In this document: one piece after another, positions 39,275 to 53,500 of the stretch
How positions within the stretch are numbered: the first letter of the stretch is position 1
Layout: each line of letters starts with the position of its first letter
Assembly: GCA_964016885.1 (NCBI GenBank)
Contig: OZ024740.1
Span: 105,090,001 to 105,154,000, forward strand
Reading direction: 5' to 3'
From: Eledone cirrhosa
Lineage: Eukaryota
DNA: 64,000 nucleotides
Notes under the pieces: model-generated
What the model was told of the DNA's origin: nothing
The model's input: the letters and a program-made list of their open reading frames with translations, nothing else
Databases searched by the model: none
Made by a program: the position numbers and the translations under genes

Positions 39275-40043
39275 AATAAATACATTCAACTGTTTTGGAG
39301 CTGACATATTTGTTTTTCACTTCGAGAAGGTAACAATTTGCTTTTAACTATAGAAATAGTTGTCGAATTAGCAGAGTCGATAGGATATCAGATTGTGTTC
39401 TGATATCAAATCCCACTGAGGTATAATTTGTTTGCCAGTGTCAATAAATAAAATACCAGTCCAAGGGCTATGGATTGGTGGAATTATTAAAGAGTCAGCC
39501 ACTTTGTATTATCTGCTCAGGCTTTGTGTGATTAGAGTTCAAATCTCACTTCCTTTTGACAAGATTTGTATATTAGTTAGTAGTATCAGCAATAGAAAAG
39601 CTAAAAGAAACACTGTTTCCTTGGTCCAATCTAATGATCAGCTCCTTTCCTTTTAACTATAAAAATAATTACAAAGGTTGGGAATTTGATAGGTTGATAC
39701 TGTTGGTACCTATTATTCACAGGCCTTTTGTTATATTACTGCAGATCCCCACCCCACCTTTTTGTTACTATATAAGGCTTGGAACAGAATTAACAGATGC
39801 TGAATATGATTAAGCTGGTCATAGAGCCTACAAGTCTAACTAACCATATTTAGCAGGGAAAATGGTGTTAAAACGTTTGCTGCTACTGCATTGCAAAGAA
39901 TGTTGTAAAAGTGAATCCAAAGACTCTGTCTTCAGTAATATGGCAATATTAGCAATAAAATTGTAAATAGTTACGATATATTTCAGTGTTTTGAAATTGA
40001 GAGGTTACATAGTTTTTGAGATTGAGAAAGAATTTGTTTCTTC

Positions 40044-42286
40044 GCTAGGCGACAAGTATACTTAGCTAGGAGGGAAGCAGAGGATAGAACATTCAAGCAT
40101 GTTTTGCAACGTGAGGACCAGAAACAGGAGGTGTTCAAGATTGCGAGGCAGTGTGTCAGAGAGAATTGTGATGTCATTGGAGAGAAGTGTATCCAGATGA
40201 TAAAGGTGAGCTTGCCCTCAAAAGTGCTGAGAAGAAAGATGCATGGAAGAGCCATTATGATAGATTACTAAATGAGGAGAATGCATGGGAAGAAGAGACC
40301 CTACCCCAAGTAGACCCTATAGAGGGGCCAGCAGTACAAGTCAGCAGCAGCGTAGTAAGTAAGGCAATCAAAGATATGAAGATGGGGAAGGCAACCGGTC
40401 CATCGGGTATAGCTGCCGAGATGCTGAAGGCATCTGGGTCTGTAGGTCACACTATAACCACACGTAATGTTAAGCAGGTAATACTAGAAGGTGTCATACC
40501 AAAAGATTGGTGCAGTAGCATCATTGTCAACTGCTACACAGGTAAAGGTGATGCACTAGATAGAGGAAACTATAGAAGTATAAAGCTGATGGACCAGGTC
40601 ATGAAAGTAACAGAAAGAGTTATAGCACAGTTGATTAGGGACCGGGTGAAACTAGATGAGATGCAATTTGGGTTTGTACCAGGAAGAGGCACCACTGATG
40701 CCCTCTTCCTTGTGAGGCAGTTACAGGAAAAGTACCTAGCTAAAAGTAAGCCACTCTACCTGGCATTCATCGATCTCGAGAAAACTTTTGACAGAGTTCC
40801 ACGTGCTGTAATCTGGTGGGCTCTTAGAAAACTAGGAGTAGATGAATGGCTTGTGAAAGCTGTACATGCCATGTATAGGGGAGCAGTCAGCAAAGTTAGG
40901 ATTAGCAATGAGTATAGCGAGGAATTTAGTGTACAGGTTGGGGTCCATCAGGGCTCTGTTCATCATAGTCCTGCAGGCAATAACGGAGGAGTTTAAGACC
41001 GGATGCCCATGGGAACTCCTGTATGCTGATGACCTCGCACTTATAGCTGAATCTATGGTAGAACTAGAGAAGAAATTCCAAACTTGGAAGCAGGGACTAG
41101 AAAGAAAGGGTCTCAAAGTCAACATGACAAAGACTAAGGTCCTTCTAAGTAGACGAGAAAACAGAACCCAGATCCCCTCAGGGAAATGGCCTTGCTCAGT
41201 ATGTAGGAAAGGTGTAGGTAGGAACTCCATTCTCTGCCCCAAATGTAAACAATGGGTACACAAGAGATGTAGTGGGATCTCAGGAAGCTTAATTAAGAAT
41301 GTAGGCTTCACATGTAGCAGCTGTGCTGGGACAGCAAGCAGCAAACAGCCACAGGAAACAAGTACCACCAATCTCTGGGAAGGCTCTGTAGAAACAGTAG
41401 ACAGCTTCTGCTACCTAGGTGACCGAATTAGCAGCAGAGGTGGGTGCTCAGAAAGTACAATAACTAGGGTAAGAACGGGATGGAAGAAGTTCAGGGAACT
41501 ACTACCACTGCTAGCTGCAAAAGGCTTCTCCCTCAGAATGAAAGGCAGACTGTATGATGCGTGTATCCGAACAGCAATGTTACATGGTAGTGAGACCTGG
41601 GCGCTGAAGGTGGAAGACTTACGTAGATTAGAGAGAAACGAAGCCTGCATGCTCCGATGGATGTGTAACAGTAATATACGTGAACGACAAAGCATAAATG
41701 AATTGAGAGAGAGACTGAGCATAAGAGGAATCAAATGCTGTGTGCAAGAGAGGCGGCTGCGTTGGTATGGACATGTGATGCGTATGAAGAATGACAGTTG
41801 CATAAAAAGGTGCAGAGCACTAGAAGTTGATGGAAACCGCGGAGTGGGGAGAACCAAGAAGACCTGGGATGAGGTGATAAAAGCCGACCTTACCCAATTA
41901 CACCTCTCAAAGGCGATGACACACGACCGTGACCTCTGGCGTCGCGCAGTAATACAGAGTACCTGACCTCCCATAGGTACAAGCTGAAGCATATAGACAA
42001 TATGCCCCCACACCTCCCACTGCAAGGTGGTCGTGGAGGTGCCACGGCAAAAAAGCACCCAGCCCACACTGTAAAGTGGACGTGTAGGCGCCAGGGAAAA
42101 AGCACCCAGCACTCACTGTAAATGAGGTTGGTGTTAGGAAGGGCATCCAGCTGTAGAAATCAAGCCAGAATCAGTTCCTGTATGAGCAAGGCATGGTCAG
42201 CCGACCAGACACTGCCCACAACAGGACAACCCGTCTAACCCATGCTAGCATGGAAGAACGGACGTAAAACGGTGATGATGATGATG
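40044..42286 (+). mobile_element. RTE-clade LINE, 5' truncated, few disablements
   Basis: ORFs 40187..40996 and 40866..41966 cover the RT, the C4HC3 insert and the C-terminus. A small deletion near 40958 causes the frameshift. (GAT)n tail. Confidence 0.93.
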
Positions 42287-44794
42287 CTCTTTCCAATGTC
42301 AAAGTACCATTGATATATTGGGGGATTATTGTATCAAACATGTCTGAGTAATTGAGAAGTTCACTTCATGATCATGAAGTTTTGGGTTCACTCCCACTTC
42401 ATGGCACCTTGGGCAAGTGTCTTTACTATGGCCTCTGATTGATCCCAAGCCTTGTGAAGGAAATTAGGTAGACAGAAACTGTATGGAAGATCATCGGATG
42501 GGCTGTACCTGTAATTCAAAAGTCCAGCTTTGTCATATATTATCACCCTTATTTGGTTTGGAAATTCAACTTGAGAATTACGTTCAGAGTATATGTGTCT
42601 GTCAAATAGTTAACCAATTACTCATTAATCAAAACTGACAGAGGACCCAGAATCATTGTATTAACTATATCATCCCTCCCTTGAGAAATCAATATTTCTC
42701 AATATGTTTTTTGGGTGACACGTGAACAGGAATCATAAAGCACCAGACTAAATTCATTACTGTATTTTCATCCATATATTCCCTATGCAAAATGGTTGGC
42801 ATTAGGAAGAGCAACCAGCTGTAGAAACCAAGCTAGAAATGAAATGTATTAACAAGTCATGGTCACCAGGCTAGACTAGCCTCAAAACGTGACAACCCAT
42901 CTAATCCATGCAAGCATGGAAAATAGAGTTAAATGGTGATGAGAATGATGATGATAGTCTTTTTTTTATAATAGTTTAAGTTCAACTATTGACCTTGTTT
43001 TCATCACTCTAGGGTTGACAGAGAACTTTGTCTTTAACCCTCTGAGGTTGATAAAATAAAGTGTATTAGTCAGAAATTGTGTCAACTTAATATTCTTATA
43101 ACCTTGTTGATGTGAATTGAATTATAATAAGAGTGGAGTCAAGACAAGTTGAAGGTGATGAACTGTGTACATGCAGAGGATGTGAACATTTTGACAATTT
43201 TCGACATATAAATTAATTTGTTCCCTATTTCCTGAAACATTAAAAGTTTTTGTTTAACACTTTCATTAACATATTTCTACTGCTTATAATTTTCAAATTA
43301 TTTTGAAAATAATGAAGAATTTGGAGTGAAGTGAGTTGGCTGAAGCTTGATAAAAGGAGTTCCAATATAAATGTTTTACATATAGCTGGCACTATCAAAC
43401 AACCGACATTCCTTTTCTCAGTTGTCAACTGGTGATCACTACAATTTTGGTAACCTTTTCATAGTATCACATCTCCAAATGTTACAAAAGAATGACCAGA
43501 TTCTTTTGACCCACAATATACCATGTTTTTTATTTTGTCCTCCTGTTATCCATACAGCCAATAAATTATTGGACAAAATGTTATGTAATATTTATCCTAG
43601 TATTTTGCATTTTGAATTCAAATCTTGTTGAGGTTTACTTTGCCGTTCATCCTGCAAGGGTTAAATAAAGTACCCATCTAGGGCAGTAAACTGGCAGCAT
43701 TGTTGTGTCCGTTTTGAGTTTAAATCTTGCTGGGGTTTACTTTGCCTTTAATCCTTCAAGGGTTAATAAATAAAGTACCGCTTTAGGGCAGTAAACTGTC
43801 AGCATTATTATCCCGCCGAGGTTGACTTTGCCTTTCATCCTTACGGGGTCGATAAAATAAAGTACCAGTAATGCACTGGGTAATTGCTGGCCTTGTGCCT
43901 AAAGTAGAAACAATTATTAGAGTGTGTGTGTTCTGAGATCTTGCTGTAACCCACTACATGAGTGATAGATAAACTTAATCTGTTGCATGCTAGTGTTTTT
44001 TTCATCTCTTTGACTTTGGAGTTCAAATCCAGTTATAGCTCACTTGGGTGGTAGACTTAATCTGTTGCCCAATTTATCACCACCACCTGGTCATTGGGTG
44101 TTGTTATCTGGTTCCACTTTTTTGTAAATATTCAGGCCAGCTGTCAAGTTTGAGGATTCCTTTATTCCCCGCATCTCATCAGTCTCAACAGTCTTAAACA
44201 TGGCTCTTACCTCCTAACTAAGTGATAAAAAAACAACAACCCACTCTTAAAAACAAACCAACAAACAAAGAAACAGAACAAAGATAGCTGTAATTACTTC
44301 AACTGTGCTGCAATTATTTTGTTGAGTGTTAATTATTGGACAAGATTGTGGAAGGAAGAGTCGTTGCTACTTTTCTTTTTGACTTTCGATACAGTTATGT
44401 GTCCAGAGACTCTACATGCCATCTGTGAGTTCCCAAATACTGCTGATGCCCTCACATATATCTGTATTAGATGGTGGTGTCCCAGCATGACTGCAGCCAT
44501 GGGCTAAAACAAACAAAACAGTAAAAGAGAGTAACTGTTTGGTTGAGGATTTTGTTCAGCCAAAGCTTCTTTGATCTCCTAGAATTGATTCAGTTACTCA
44601 CTTTAACACCCACTTCTCTCCTCTATAGAACTTGGCCTTGTATTTACTGGAAAACATGAAAAGAGATTAAATAATTTGAAAAATTGTTTACAAAATAATC
44701 TGTGAATTCTTTACATTGCTGTCTTGTTTATGTTTCAGGTCTTTGTCGATTAAAAAAAAACAAGAAAAAACAGAAACAAAAATATGAAATAAAT

Positions 44795-44930
44795 CGCCAC
44801 CATCACCACAACCACCAACAGCAACAATACCACCAACAACAACAACCAACACCAATAACAACACCAGCAACCATCACCACCACGAACAACCACCAACAAC
44901 AACAATACTACCACCACAACCACCACCACC
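44795..44930. repeat. (CAA/CAC)n imperfect trinucleotide microsatellite
   Basis: Directly visible. Confidence 0.9.
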
Positions 44931-45550
44931 TGTGAATAATATGTTAACCATATTGGAATATTGGAATATCTCATTCATTTAGAGCAATGTTTTAGTTTAG
45001 TAACAGGAGTGATACTTTAATTGTTTTTAGATTTTAATTTCTATCTGAAATGGGGAAATTTTGATTTAACTGAGGTAAGTTTAAGGGTGGGGCTGGTAAG
45101 CTGAATGGGTAAAAGTATTTTAAAAACTGAAATTGAAATTCTAAGTCAATTTAAAATCCAACAACAACAGGTAACAAATTATGGTGGATGGCCTAGAAGT
45201 GGTAACTTGTTTTATCAATCCTGGAGGGAATAACAATTTTAATTATAACAGAAATATAAATTTGAATTGATGAAATAAGTTCACTTTTATAAATTATTTA
45301 TTATTATTATTATTGTTCCATGAGGGTGGTGGATTAACGGTATTGGTAGAGCGTCGGACAACATGCTTTGAGGCATATAGTTTCAGCTCTTTGCATTCTG
45401 AGTTTAAATCCTGCCGACGTTAGCTTTGTCATTCATCCTTACGGAATTGATAGAATAAAGCACCAGTAACACACTGAGGTCGATTTATCAACTTTCCTCT
45501 AACCCAAAATGGTTGGCCTTGTGCCTAAGTCAGAAACCATTATTATTATT

Positions 45551-46938
45551 GTTTTCTTACTCAGCTTCTAACGTTGGAGACGTATTACAGTGTTAGCTGT
45601 TCACACCAGTGAACTAAAGTAACATCTCTTCTTTTTCAAGTACCCTCCAGAGTATTCGAGCTGTTCCAAGCAATGCTGTTTTTTGTAAGTGTTCCATCCA
45701 TATTGCAATCCCAATTTGTTTAATGTACTTCTTAAGATCTTTACTCATTGTTCCTAAAATTCCAACTATTATTGGTATTACTACCACCTTTTTCAGTGAC
45801 CTCAATTGCTTAACCTCCCAAGCTAACCTGTATATCTATCAATTATTTCCTTCTTTATTGCATATCTTGTTATCAGCTGGACAGGTTATGATCCAACACT
45901 GTTTGCTTTCTTTCTCAAATAATACAATATCTGGTTTCCCATGCTCAATCTCATGGTCATACTGTATCACAAAATCTCATAGGAACTTTGCATTATCATT
46001 TTTTATTATACCCTCAGGGTTATGTTTATACCACTTTTCTGCTCTGTCAAGTGCATATTTGCCACAAAGTGCCCAGTGGACTATCCTTGATGTGTTGTCT
46101 CATATTCTTTCTGAACTAATGGTGTACATTGACTGGTAATATGCCATACAGTTTCTTCATTCATGCCTCAAATTCTACACTTATCACTTTCTGCTGTGTG
46201 GTCTGCTTTATGTAGTTAGTTCTTAGTGCTTGTTCTTGAGCAGCACATATTAAGGCTTCTGTTTCTGGTTTTAGATAAGTTTTAGCCATCCATAACCACC
46301 TTTTTTCTCTGTCTCTCCTATCTTCAACATCTTTATAGAATTATCCATACATTATTATCCACACTGTAAACGTGGTTGGTGTTAGGAAGGGCATCCAGCC
46401 GTAGAAAACCCACCAGACAGTCCTGAGCAAGACAACCAATCTTGCCTCAAGTGGGACAATTCCCATCCAGACCCATGCTAGCGTGGAAAATGGACGTTAA
46501 ACAATGATGATGATGATGATTCTTTTTTCTGACCATCTACTTTCAGTTTCATCCATCTTAAAATGTTTGTACTGTTTTTTTTTTTGCAATCCTCTATTTT
46601 GCACAGCCCTGACCTCCTTACTTCCAGCAACAGTGGTTCTGTGGAATTTTTTATGTACCACGCCATGTTATTTTCTTTTGCTCTTATGCTGTCTTCGCAT
46701 CCCATCAGTGCTCTTCCTCCTCTTTTTTTTTGGTACATATAATCTGTCTATGGCGTTCCTTGAGTGAAATACCCCTTATCTAGTCAATATCTTTCTTGCC
46801 TTTTGGTCTAAACTGTTTAGCTCATCAACTGTCCATGTGATCACCCCCGACCCATATCTAAGGAGCAATACTGTCCATGCATTGACAAGTTCCATCTTAT
46901 TCTGTCCATTCTGTTTTGAGTCAAGAATAAGTCTCAGT
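45551..46938 (-). mobile_element. R4/Dong-like RLE non-LTR retrotransposon 3' part, decayed, interrupted by an RTE tail (46357-46520)
   Basis: Minus strand: RGGRALM, ETEALICAAQEQAL, DKCRI..ETVWHI..QC, KPDIV, VIPIIVGILG..LQKTALLGTARIL. Flanked by (TTA)n. Confidence 0.82.
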
Positions 46939-46961
46939 TATTATTACCATTATTATTAGTA

Positions 46962-47440
46962 CTAGCAGAAAAACCACCCGAAGGGTGGTTTTCTGCTAGC
47001 ATATGTAGTGTGTATATTGATATTATACGCAGGTATATATACATGTAGACATGATACATCAAATAAAATCGTAATTGACAATATATAATACATAGAAATT
47101 GAACGAAGACTACGTTACACTGTCTTATTTAATCAATAACGTAAGCCATGTTACATTAAAAAAGACGATATTATAGATAAACTGCATTAGGAGAAAATTA
47201 GTGACGGAAAATTAGTATGTTTATTTAAGCGATCGCCACCAGAAGTGTTGACATTTCAGAAATTTTAAAGAAGTGATTCTTTAAATAAACAAAATATATT
47301 TAATGAACAGCCACGAAATTTAGTAGATAAATTATGTAATATTCATTCATTATTTATTCAAAGTAATCCAACTTATTTTACAAACTGGATAAAAAAAAAA
47401 AACCATATGCAATCCCGCAGACCTTCCTTTATAGTTTAGA
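46962..47440 (-). mobile_element. Non-autonomous Helitron
   Basis: Minus-strand 5' end A|TCTAAACTATAAAGG and 3' CTAG|T, with terminal palindrome CTAGCAGAAAAACCACCC-GAA-GGGTGGTTTTCTGCTAG. No TSD. Confidence 0.75.
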
Positions 47441-47450
47441 TTATTATTAT

Positions 47451-48545
47451 GGTTCATTTTTGTAAATTTCAGTTAGGGAGCATCAACAAATCGAGAAAGG
47501 TCCCTCACTGCATTCTCTCCTATGTTTTACATAGACAAGACTTTCCTTAAAATCCTTGCTGTACCAAGAAGTGCTGTCTTCTAGATGACCTGTAACCTTG
47601 CATCAATTCAGATTCTATTTACACTGTACTCAAAAGTGTCCAACATGCATCCAAGTGCTCTGATCACCACTGAAATCACTAAAACTTCTTTCATCATCCA
47701 CAACTTTCCAACTTCCTTCTTCAGTGGCATGTTTCATGCTCTTTATCCATCGTTTCATGCTCTTTATCCTCCACTCTTCTGTCTCATGGGATAAATATAT
47801 CGATCTTTTTTCTTCTTCTTCACAACTAAAATGTCTGTCCTTGCCTCAATCATTCTATCGCATTGAATGGTGAAGTTCAACAAAAACTTAAATTTGTCAT
47901 TCTCTAACATCCCTTCTGGCCTCTCCTCATACCTTTAGTTGTTCTAACAAACCCACATTTCTTAGATATCATTCAGTGGATATATCTGGCAACATTATCA
48001 TGTCATCTTTTGTACTCTCACTGTGCCAACTTAACACATTCGCTTACATTTTGTCAGCATGATGTTTAATGTAGTTAGTTTGAAGAGCCTGCTTTGGGCA
48101 CTGCACACCAGAGCTTCAGTGCATCTTTTCAGATTACCATTTTTAAACCACGACCAGCACTTTTCCCAATCAATGCCTACTTTTATCTTTAGTGTACTGT
48201 CAATGCATAGATTTATCTCCATTCCTTTTCAAGTTCTTTTTTCACTCTCTTCTTGCATTCATTAGGTTCTACTGCATCAGCAAATTTCAGTATGTCGAAG
48301 TCTCTTACTTTTGACATGATGTTACCCCTTACATTTTTAAGGTACCAAGGTAGGTTATTTTCTTTGCTTTTGATACAGTTGTCACAACTTATTAGTCCTC
48401 TACCTCAATTCTGTCTTCCAACATGAAGTCTTGCGACATCACTCTTTGGGCGGAGTTCGTGATGCACTGTTATCAATTCCGTATTTTTCCTATCAATACT
48501 TTATAATTCATCTTTCCTCCATTTAATAATTCCTGTCCCATAGTA
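47451..48545 (-). mobile_element. Second R4/Dong-like fragment, diverged
   Basis: WSWFKNGNLKRCTEALVCSAQ and a C-terminal KTALLGTARIL equivalent (~47545-47580). The 3' end abuts (TTA)n. Confidence 0.75.
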
Positions 48546-49679
48546 GGAGTTATTGTATTTATAATTAAGTATTGGCAGGGCGTCGGGCACCATACTTTGT
48601 AGCATACTTTATGTTCTGAGTTCAAATCCCACTGAGGTTAACTTTGCTTTTCATCCTTACGGGGTCGATAAAATAAAGTATCAGTCGCGCATTGGGGTCG
48701 ATTTAATCAACTTCCCCTTCCTCTCAAATTGCTGGCCTTGTGCCTATATAAGAAACCATTATTATTATTGTTATTATTATTCCTTCCTTCTCAGGCTGTT
48801 CTTTTGCTGTATTACTAAACCAAGAGGACAGGCCATAACTAATGACCTAGAAACTCTTGGTTACTTTCTCCTTGGGTTTATGTTCCCATCACCCTTCTCA
48901 AAAGTATTATTATTTGAAAATTTATCTTTGTAATGCCTTCTCATAGCAAATAGAAGAAATCATTTCTCGCCGAGGTTAACTTTGCCTTTCATCCTTACGG
49001 GGTCGATAAAATAAAGTACCAGTAATACACTGGGATAATTGCTGGCCTTGTACCTAAAGTAGAAACAATTATCATTATGTCTAATGTTTTCTTGATGTGA
49101 GCTTTGCATGGCTAATAAACAGATCATTATTATTATTACATCCTGCTGAGGTTAGCTTTGCCTTTCATCCTTATGGGGTCAATAAAGCACTTGGTAATGC
49201 ACTGGGGTCAATTTAATTGACTTTCCCCTCTCCCAAAATTGTTGGCCTTGTGCCTAAATCAGAAATCATTATTATTTCAAGTAACAATAAGCATACTTTG
49301 GATAACTCATTGTCTATGGTACTGCCTTTAGTAAGACTTATTATTAAATTATTATTTGAGTAAAAAGTCAGCTCAGTTTCATTAGTTTTAAGTATTCACC
49401 AAATCCTGAAAAATATAAAAATTTACTTAAATTAAAATTCCATTCTTGGTTTCATATAAAAAACGGGAGTGAAAATAATTGTGTGTGGGTGTTTATATAT
49501 ATATATATATATCTGTGTATGTATGTATATGTATACATCTACGTAGATATATATACACACACACATATATACATATATATGTACATGCACACATACATAT
49601 ATATACATATATATACATGTAATCATTCACACACACACACACACATATATTTATATCTAAACAAAACTTCGTTTTTCTT

Positions 49680-49711
<32 letters not shown>

Positions 49712-50179
49712 GTGTGTGTGTACATACATATAAATAAAAAATACACATACACATGTGACTGAAACCATTGATTGGTATACGAAAAGATAAGAAGCAATAT
49801 ACACAAGTGTGATGAAAGACAAGACAAGACAAGCTGAAGCTGAGGAACTGTACATATGGAAGATGTGAAACTTCTGAGAATTTTTCACATATAAATTAAT
49901 TTGTATAGCTATTTCCTGAAACCTTGGAAGTTTTTGTTTAACTCTTTTGTTACTGCATTTTTAGGGCGGTGGATGGGCAGTATCGATAGAGAGTCGGGCA
50001 CAATGTTTTGAAGCATAGAGTTGCGTCCCTTTATGATCTGAGTTCAAATCCCGCTGGGGTTAACTTTGCCTTTCATCCTTACGGGGTCGATAAAATAAAG
50101 TACCAGTAATGTACTGGGTAATTGCTGGCTTTGTGCCAAAAATAGAAACAATTATTATTGTTATTATTATTATATATAA

Positions 50180-50595
50180 TACAAAACCATGTTGACAACT
50201 TACAACGCATCCCCAACATAGATTGCAATATATTTATAATACAATACTGATACACAATGCTATATGATACAATAATGATATAGTATAATACAATATCGAT
50301 ACAGGATTGATACACTGAAAATATACAATACCTAAATACAATTCAATATCAATACACAACACCAAAATATAATAGTGACATCCAATACAACATCAATATG
50401 TCACACTGACATACAATATAATAGAGTACAGTACAATGCAGTACAGTACTGTACAATTCTGTACAATACAGTACAATACTGTATAGTATTGAACAGTACA
50501 GTACAATACTATACAGTATTGTGCTGTATAGTATTGTACAATATAGTACAGTAAAACTCAATACAATAAAGTACTGTACAATACATTACAATGCA
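50180..50595. repeat. Degenerate pentanucleotide (AATAC/AGTAC)n satellite
   Basis: Directly visible period-5 pattern. Confidence 0.8.
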
Positions 50596-53500
50596 TTTAA
50601 ATATATTTGTCACGGCTACCTGTGATATTTATTTTAAAAGAATGTTTTTACTTGTTGTGTTTTTAAAAGTTTAGAGATTAAAATATGATATAAAAATATA
50701 AACCAAATGTTGTTTTGATCTTTTCTTTCTTTCATTTCTGTTCTGAGAGCCAGTAGATTATAAAGTAAAGATATTTGACTTTTGAAAACATAGTCATCAA
50801 TTTAACCTATGATATGAAGGCCAGTCATTATCTGCAATGCATTTATAATATTGCTGGGGAAATTAGTTGTGTGTACCACTATGATTGGTCTTCTTTTAGT
50901 TACTAAAGTGCAGGTTTGTACTTGAAACACCAACTAAGTTGTTTCTATTATATTAACCTTTAGCACACTGAATTGTTTTATTAATTGCTTCTCTTGACAT
51001 TGTATTATGCATTAAGGGGAGATGACTCTATTGGTGACATAAGGTGCTTAGAGCAAATTAAAGATTAACAATCGCTTTACTGTTTGTGATTAGCTCTAAA
51101 GAGGCACAATGTTTAGGAATCTATTCTTAGTTGGGGGATGAAGGTGTATCAGGAGCTGAAAGCTATCAAAGACATTCAACACTGTATAGAAACTGTTTTA
51201 CTGCTATGTACTGTATAATTGAATAATTCAGAATTGAGCACATGTGTGTTATGTATCAAGAAATGATTGGATGTTCAATCAGGTTCTCTGTTGATGAGAA
51301 ATTTGGATGATCTGTGACATGGTTTTATGAAACTGATAAGTAGCAAACAATATACAAATTAAACACTTTTGTTACCATATTTCAAATGAAAGACACTATT
51401 TATGATTTTAAATAATTTTGAAAATAATTAAGAATTTGGTTGGATTTTAGTAATAACTTTCTCATTATCAATCTGGTGTAAGTTAACAAAGCTTCTTAAA
51501 AAAAAAAGTTATGATGAAAGATGAATATATATACTTTAAAACAAATAATTTAGTACCTTAGAACCAGAAACAATTTGTTACCAATGGTTATCATGGTTCT
51601 GCCTATGAAATTATCCACAATAAATTTGGCCATAGTTTATGTTTCAAGTTCAAACTGTTATGGCTAAAGACAAAGATATAAACATGGAAAAGACCTCTAA
51701 AATAGGGGGAGTAACAACATAGTGTTATTAGGGGGCACTCCTCACACAATCCAGGATTATCCTGACACATTAAAGGCAGTGCCTTCTTTTAGTTCATATA
51801 GTTGATGTGGGACCCATTTAGCCACATCAATTGCATTACCATTGTCCATTTTTGTTAAAACTTATTGGAGTCTACTCTTGCTTTCCTTGTCAAGTAGTAC
51901 TTGAATTTGATGAAGGTTTGTCCTGCTTGCAAGGAAAAACATCAGATCTTTTAACTGAGTCCACCACACAACTTCCTTCACTATAGCTATCAGACATAGG
52001 AAGACTGCCTAATTTTCCTTGCCAAAGGAAGGCAGTAGTTTGATTTTCCTGACAAACTCAGCTGCCAGCCTGATCTATCTTGCATATCATTGTTTGATAT
52101 GCTTATAAATCAACAATGTACAGACACTGAATAAGTGTATCCTGGATGGTTACATCACCCTGTGCACATGTTAGACATGTCCAATTGTAGCTCCACCAAG
52201 GCTATGCCTGTAGAGCTTTGGAAATTGTCCATAATACCTATCCTGAAAGTCCTCTAGAAGAGACTATTCAGACTGCCCTCTTTGACACCAAGGATCATTC
52301 ACAGTCCATCATCACTCCTATCCTTAAATATTCCTTGATATAATAAGAGTTTGTTTTCCACCTATTATGTGATACTGCTGGCAGAAATCAGTGACCACCT
52401 ACATCATCAGCTTGATTCATTAAGAATTAGTGCAAGAAATGAGAATTCTTATCATAAATCATGCTACAAGAAATTTGTCACATTTCCCAATTGTAAGAGA
52501 AGCAGTTATCCAGCTCCTCATTTCTGAAGAGTTCTTTTGAAAATTCCAACAGCTTCTTGGAGGAAATAACTTTGATGAGTCTACACTGACACAAATATTA
52601 CTCCAATGACTTCCAATGAATGTACAACTAAGGACAGCCTATATCTCACATTGGTTGAATCTGTGAACAGGATAAAACAGGTTTCTTCCTTTCTTATTCT
52701 CAGTAGTATATACACAACCTTTGATAACAACATTCTTTACACACAAAGACATCTCTCAGAGCCCAAATAGTTGCTTGGACACTCCATGTGCAAAAGAAAT
52801 TAATAGAATTTTTCAGGAGCACCGAAAGTCAGAAAACAGAAGATGTAACTCTTTCTATACAGAATGAGAAGAAACCATTCTCATAATAGAAAACTAGTTA
52901 CTTATGTACTTCCTCACTGAGTATTAATAAGAAGAGTTGACATCAATGCATGCAAGATTTCACAGCTCTAGCATCACTCCTTCATAGTCAGCCTATGAAC
53001 TTTTCAGCTCACTGTCGTATGACAGTCATTAGTGCCATTAAGTGCCTATTTGGTGCATTATCTCAGAGATTTCTTGACTATATGGGTGACAACGATGAGA
53101 TCCATCTGCAGGAAGAGAAAGTAAGGGTCATTTAAGAACTTCCTGCAAGTCTATATTATTACATAAATTGAAGGGAATGTCTCAGTCATATCAAATTCTA
53201 TTGCTATTTTATTCTCAACTGTACTGAATCTATACAACTGCTCACTAACATATGCAGAAACAGCAAAAAAAAATCAGATCCTCACTGAATATGCTCTCTT
53301 CTGTCAACAAAATGAAAGAGGCTGGTCAGGTTATACTTTTCTGATCAGAGCCTCTGAGAAACATTTTGTAAGGTGGAACATGATGCTCTTGGAGCTAAGT
53401 TGTTTTTTACCTTTTGAAGGGGCTGTCAATCCCAAATCGGTGTATTGTTTGAACACCACCCTAATAGAACCTGCACCTGGTTCATCTAGGAACTGATGTG

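Noticed and set aside
42286-42300. CTTTCCAAT after the RTE tail here and after the 26121 copy, suggesting target specificity
   Set aside because: Other RTE tails in the window have unrelated flanks; two cases are not enough.
44702-44935. His/Gln-rich ORF resembling a transcription factor low-complexity region
   Set aside because: Translation of a (CAA/CAC)n microsatellite with no recognisable domain or linked exons.
52185-52210. Minus-strand HSLGGAT resembling a tyrosine recombinase box
   Set aside because: It lacks the catalytic Arg and has no supporting open frame or other motifs. The region may be a very old TE but cannot be called.
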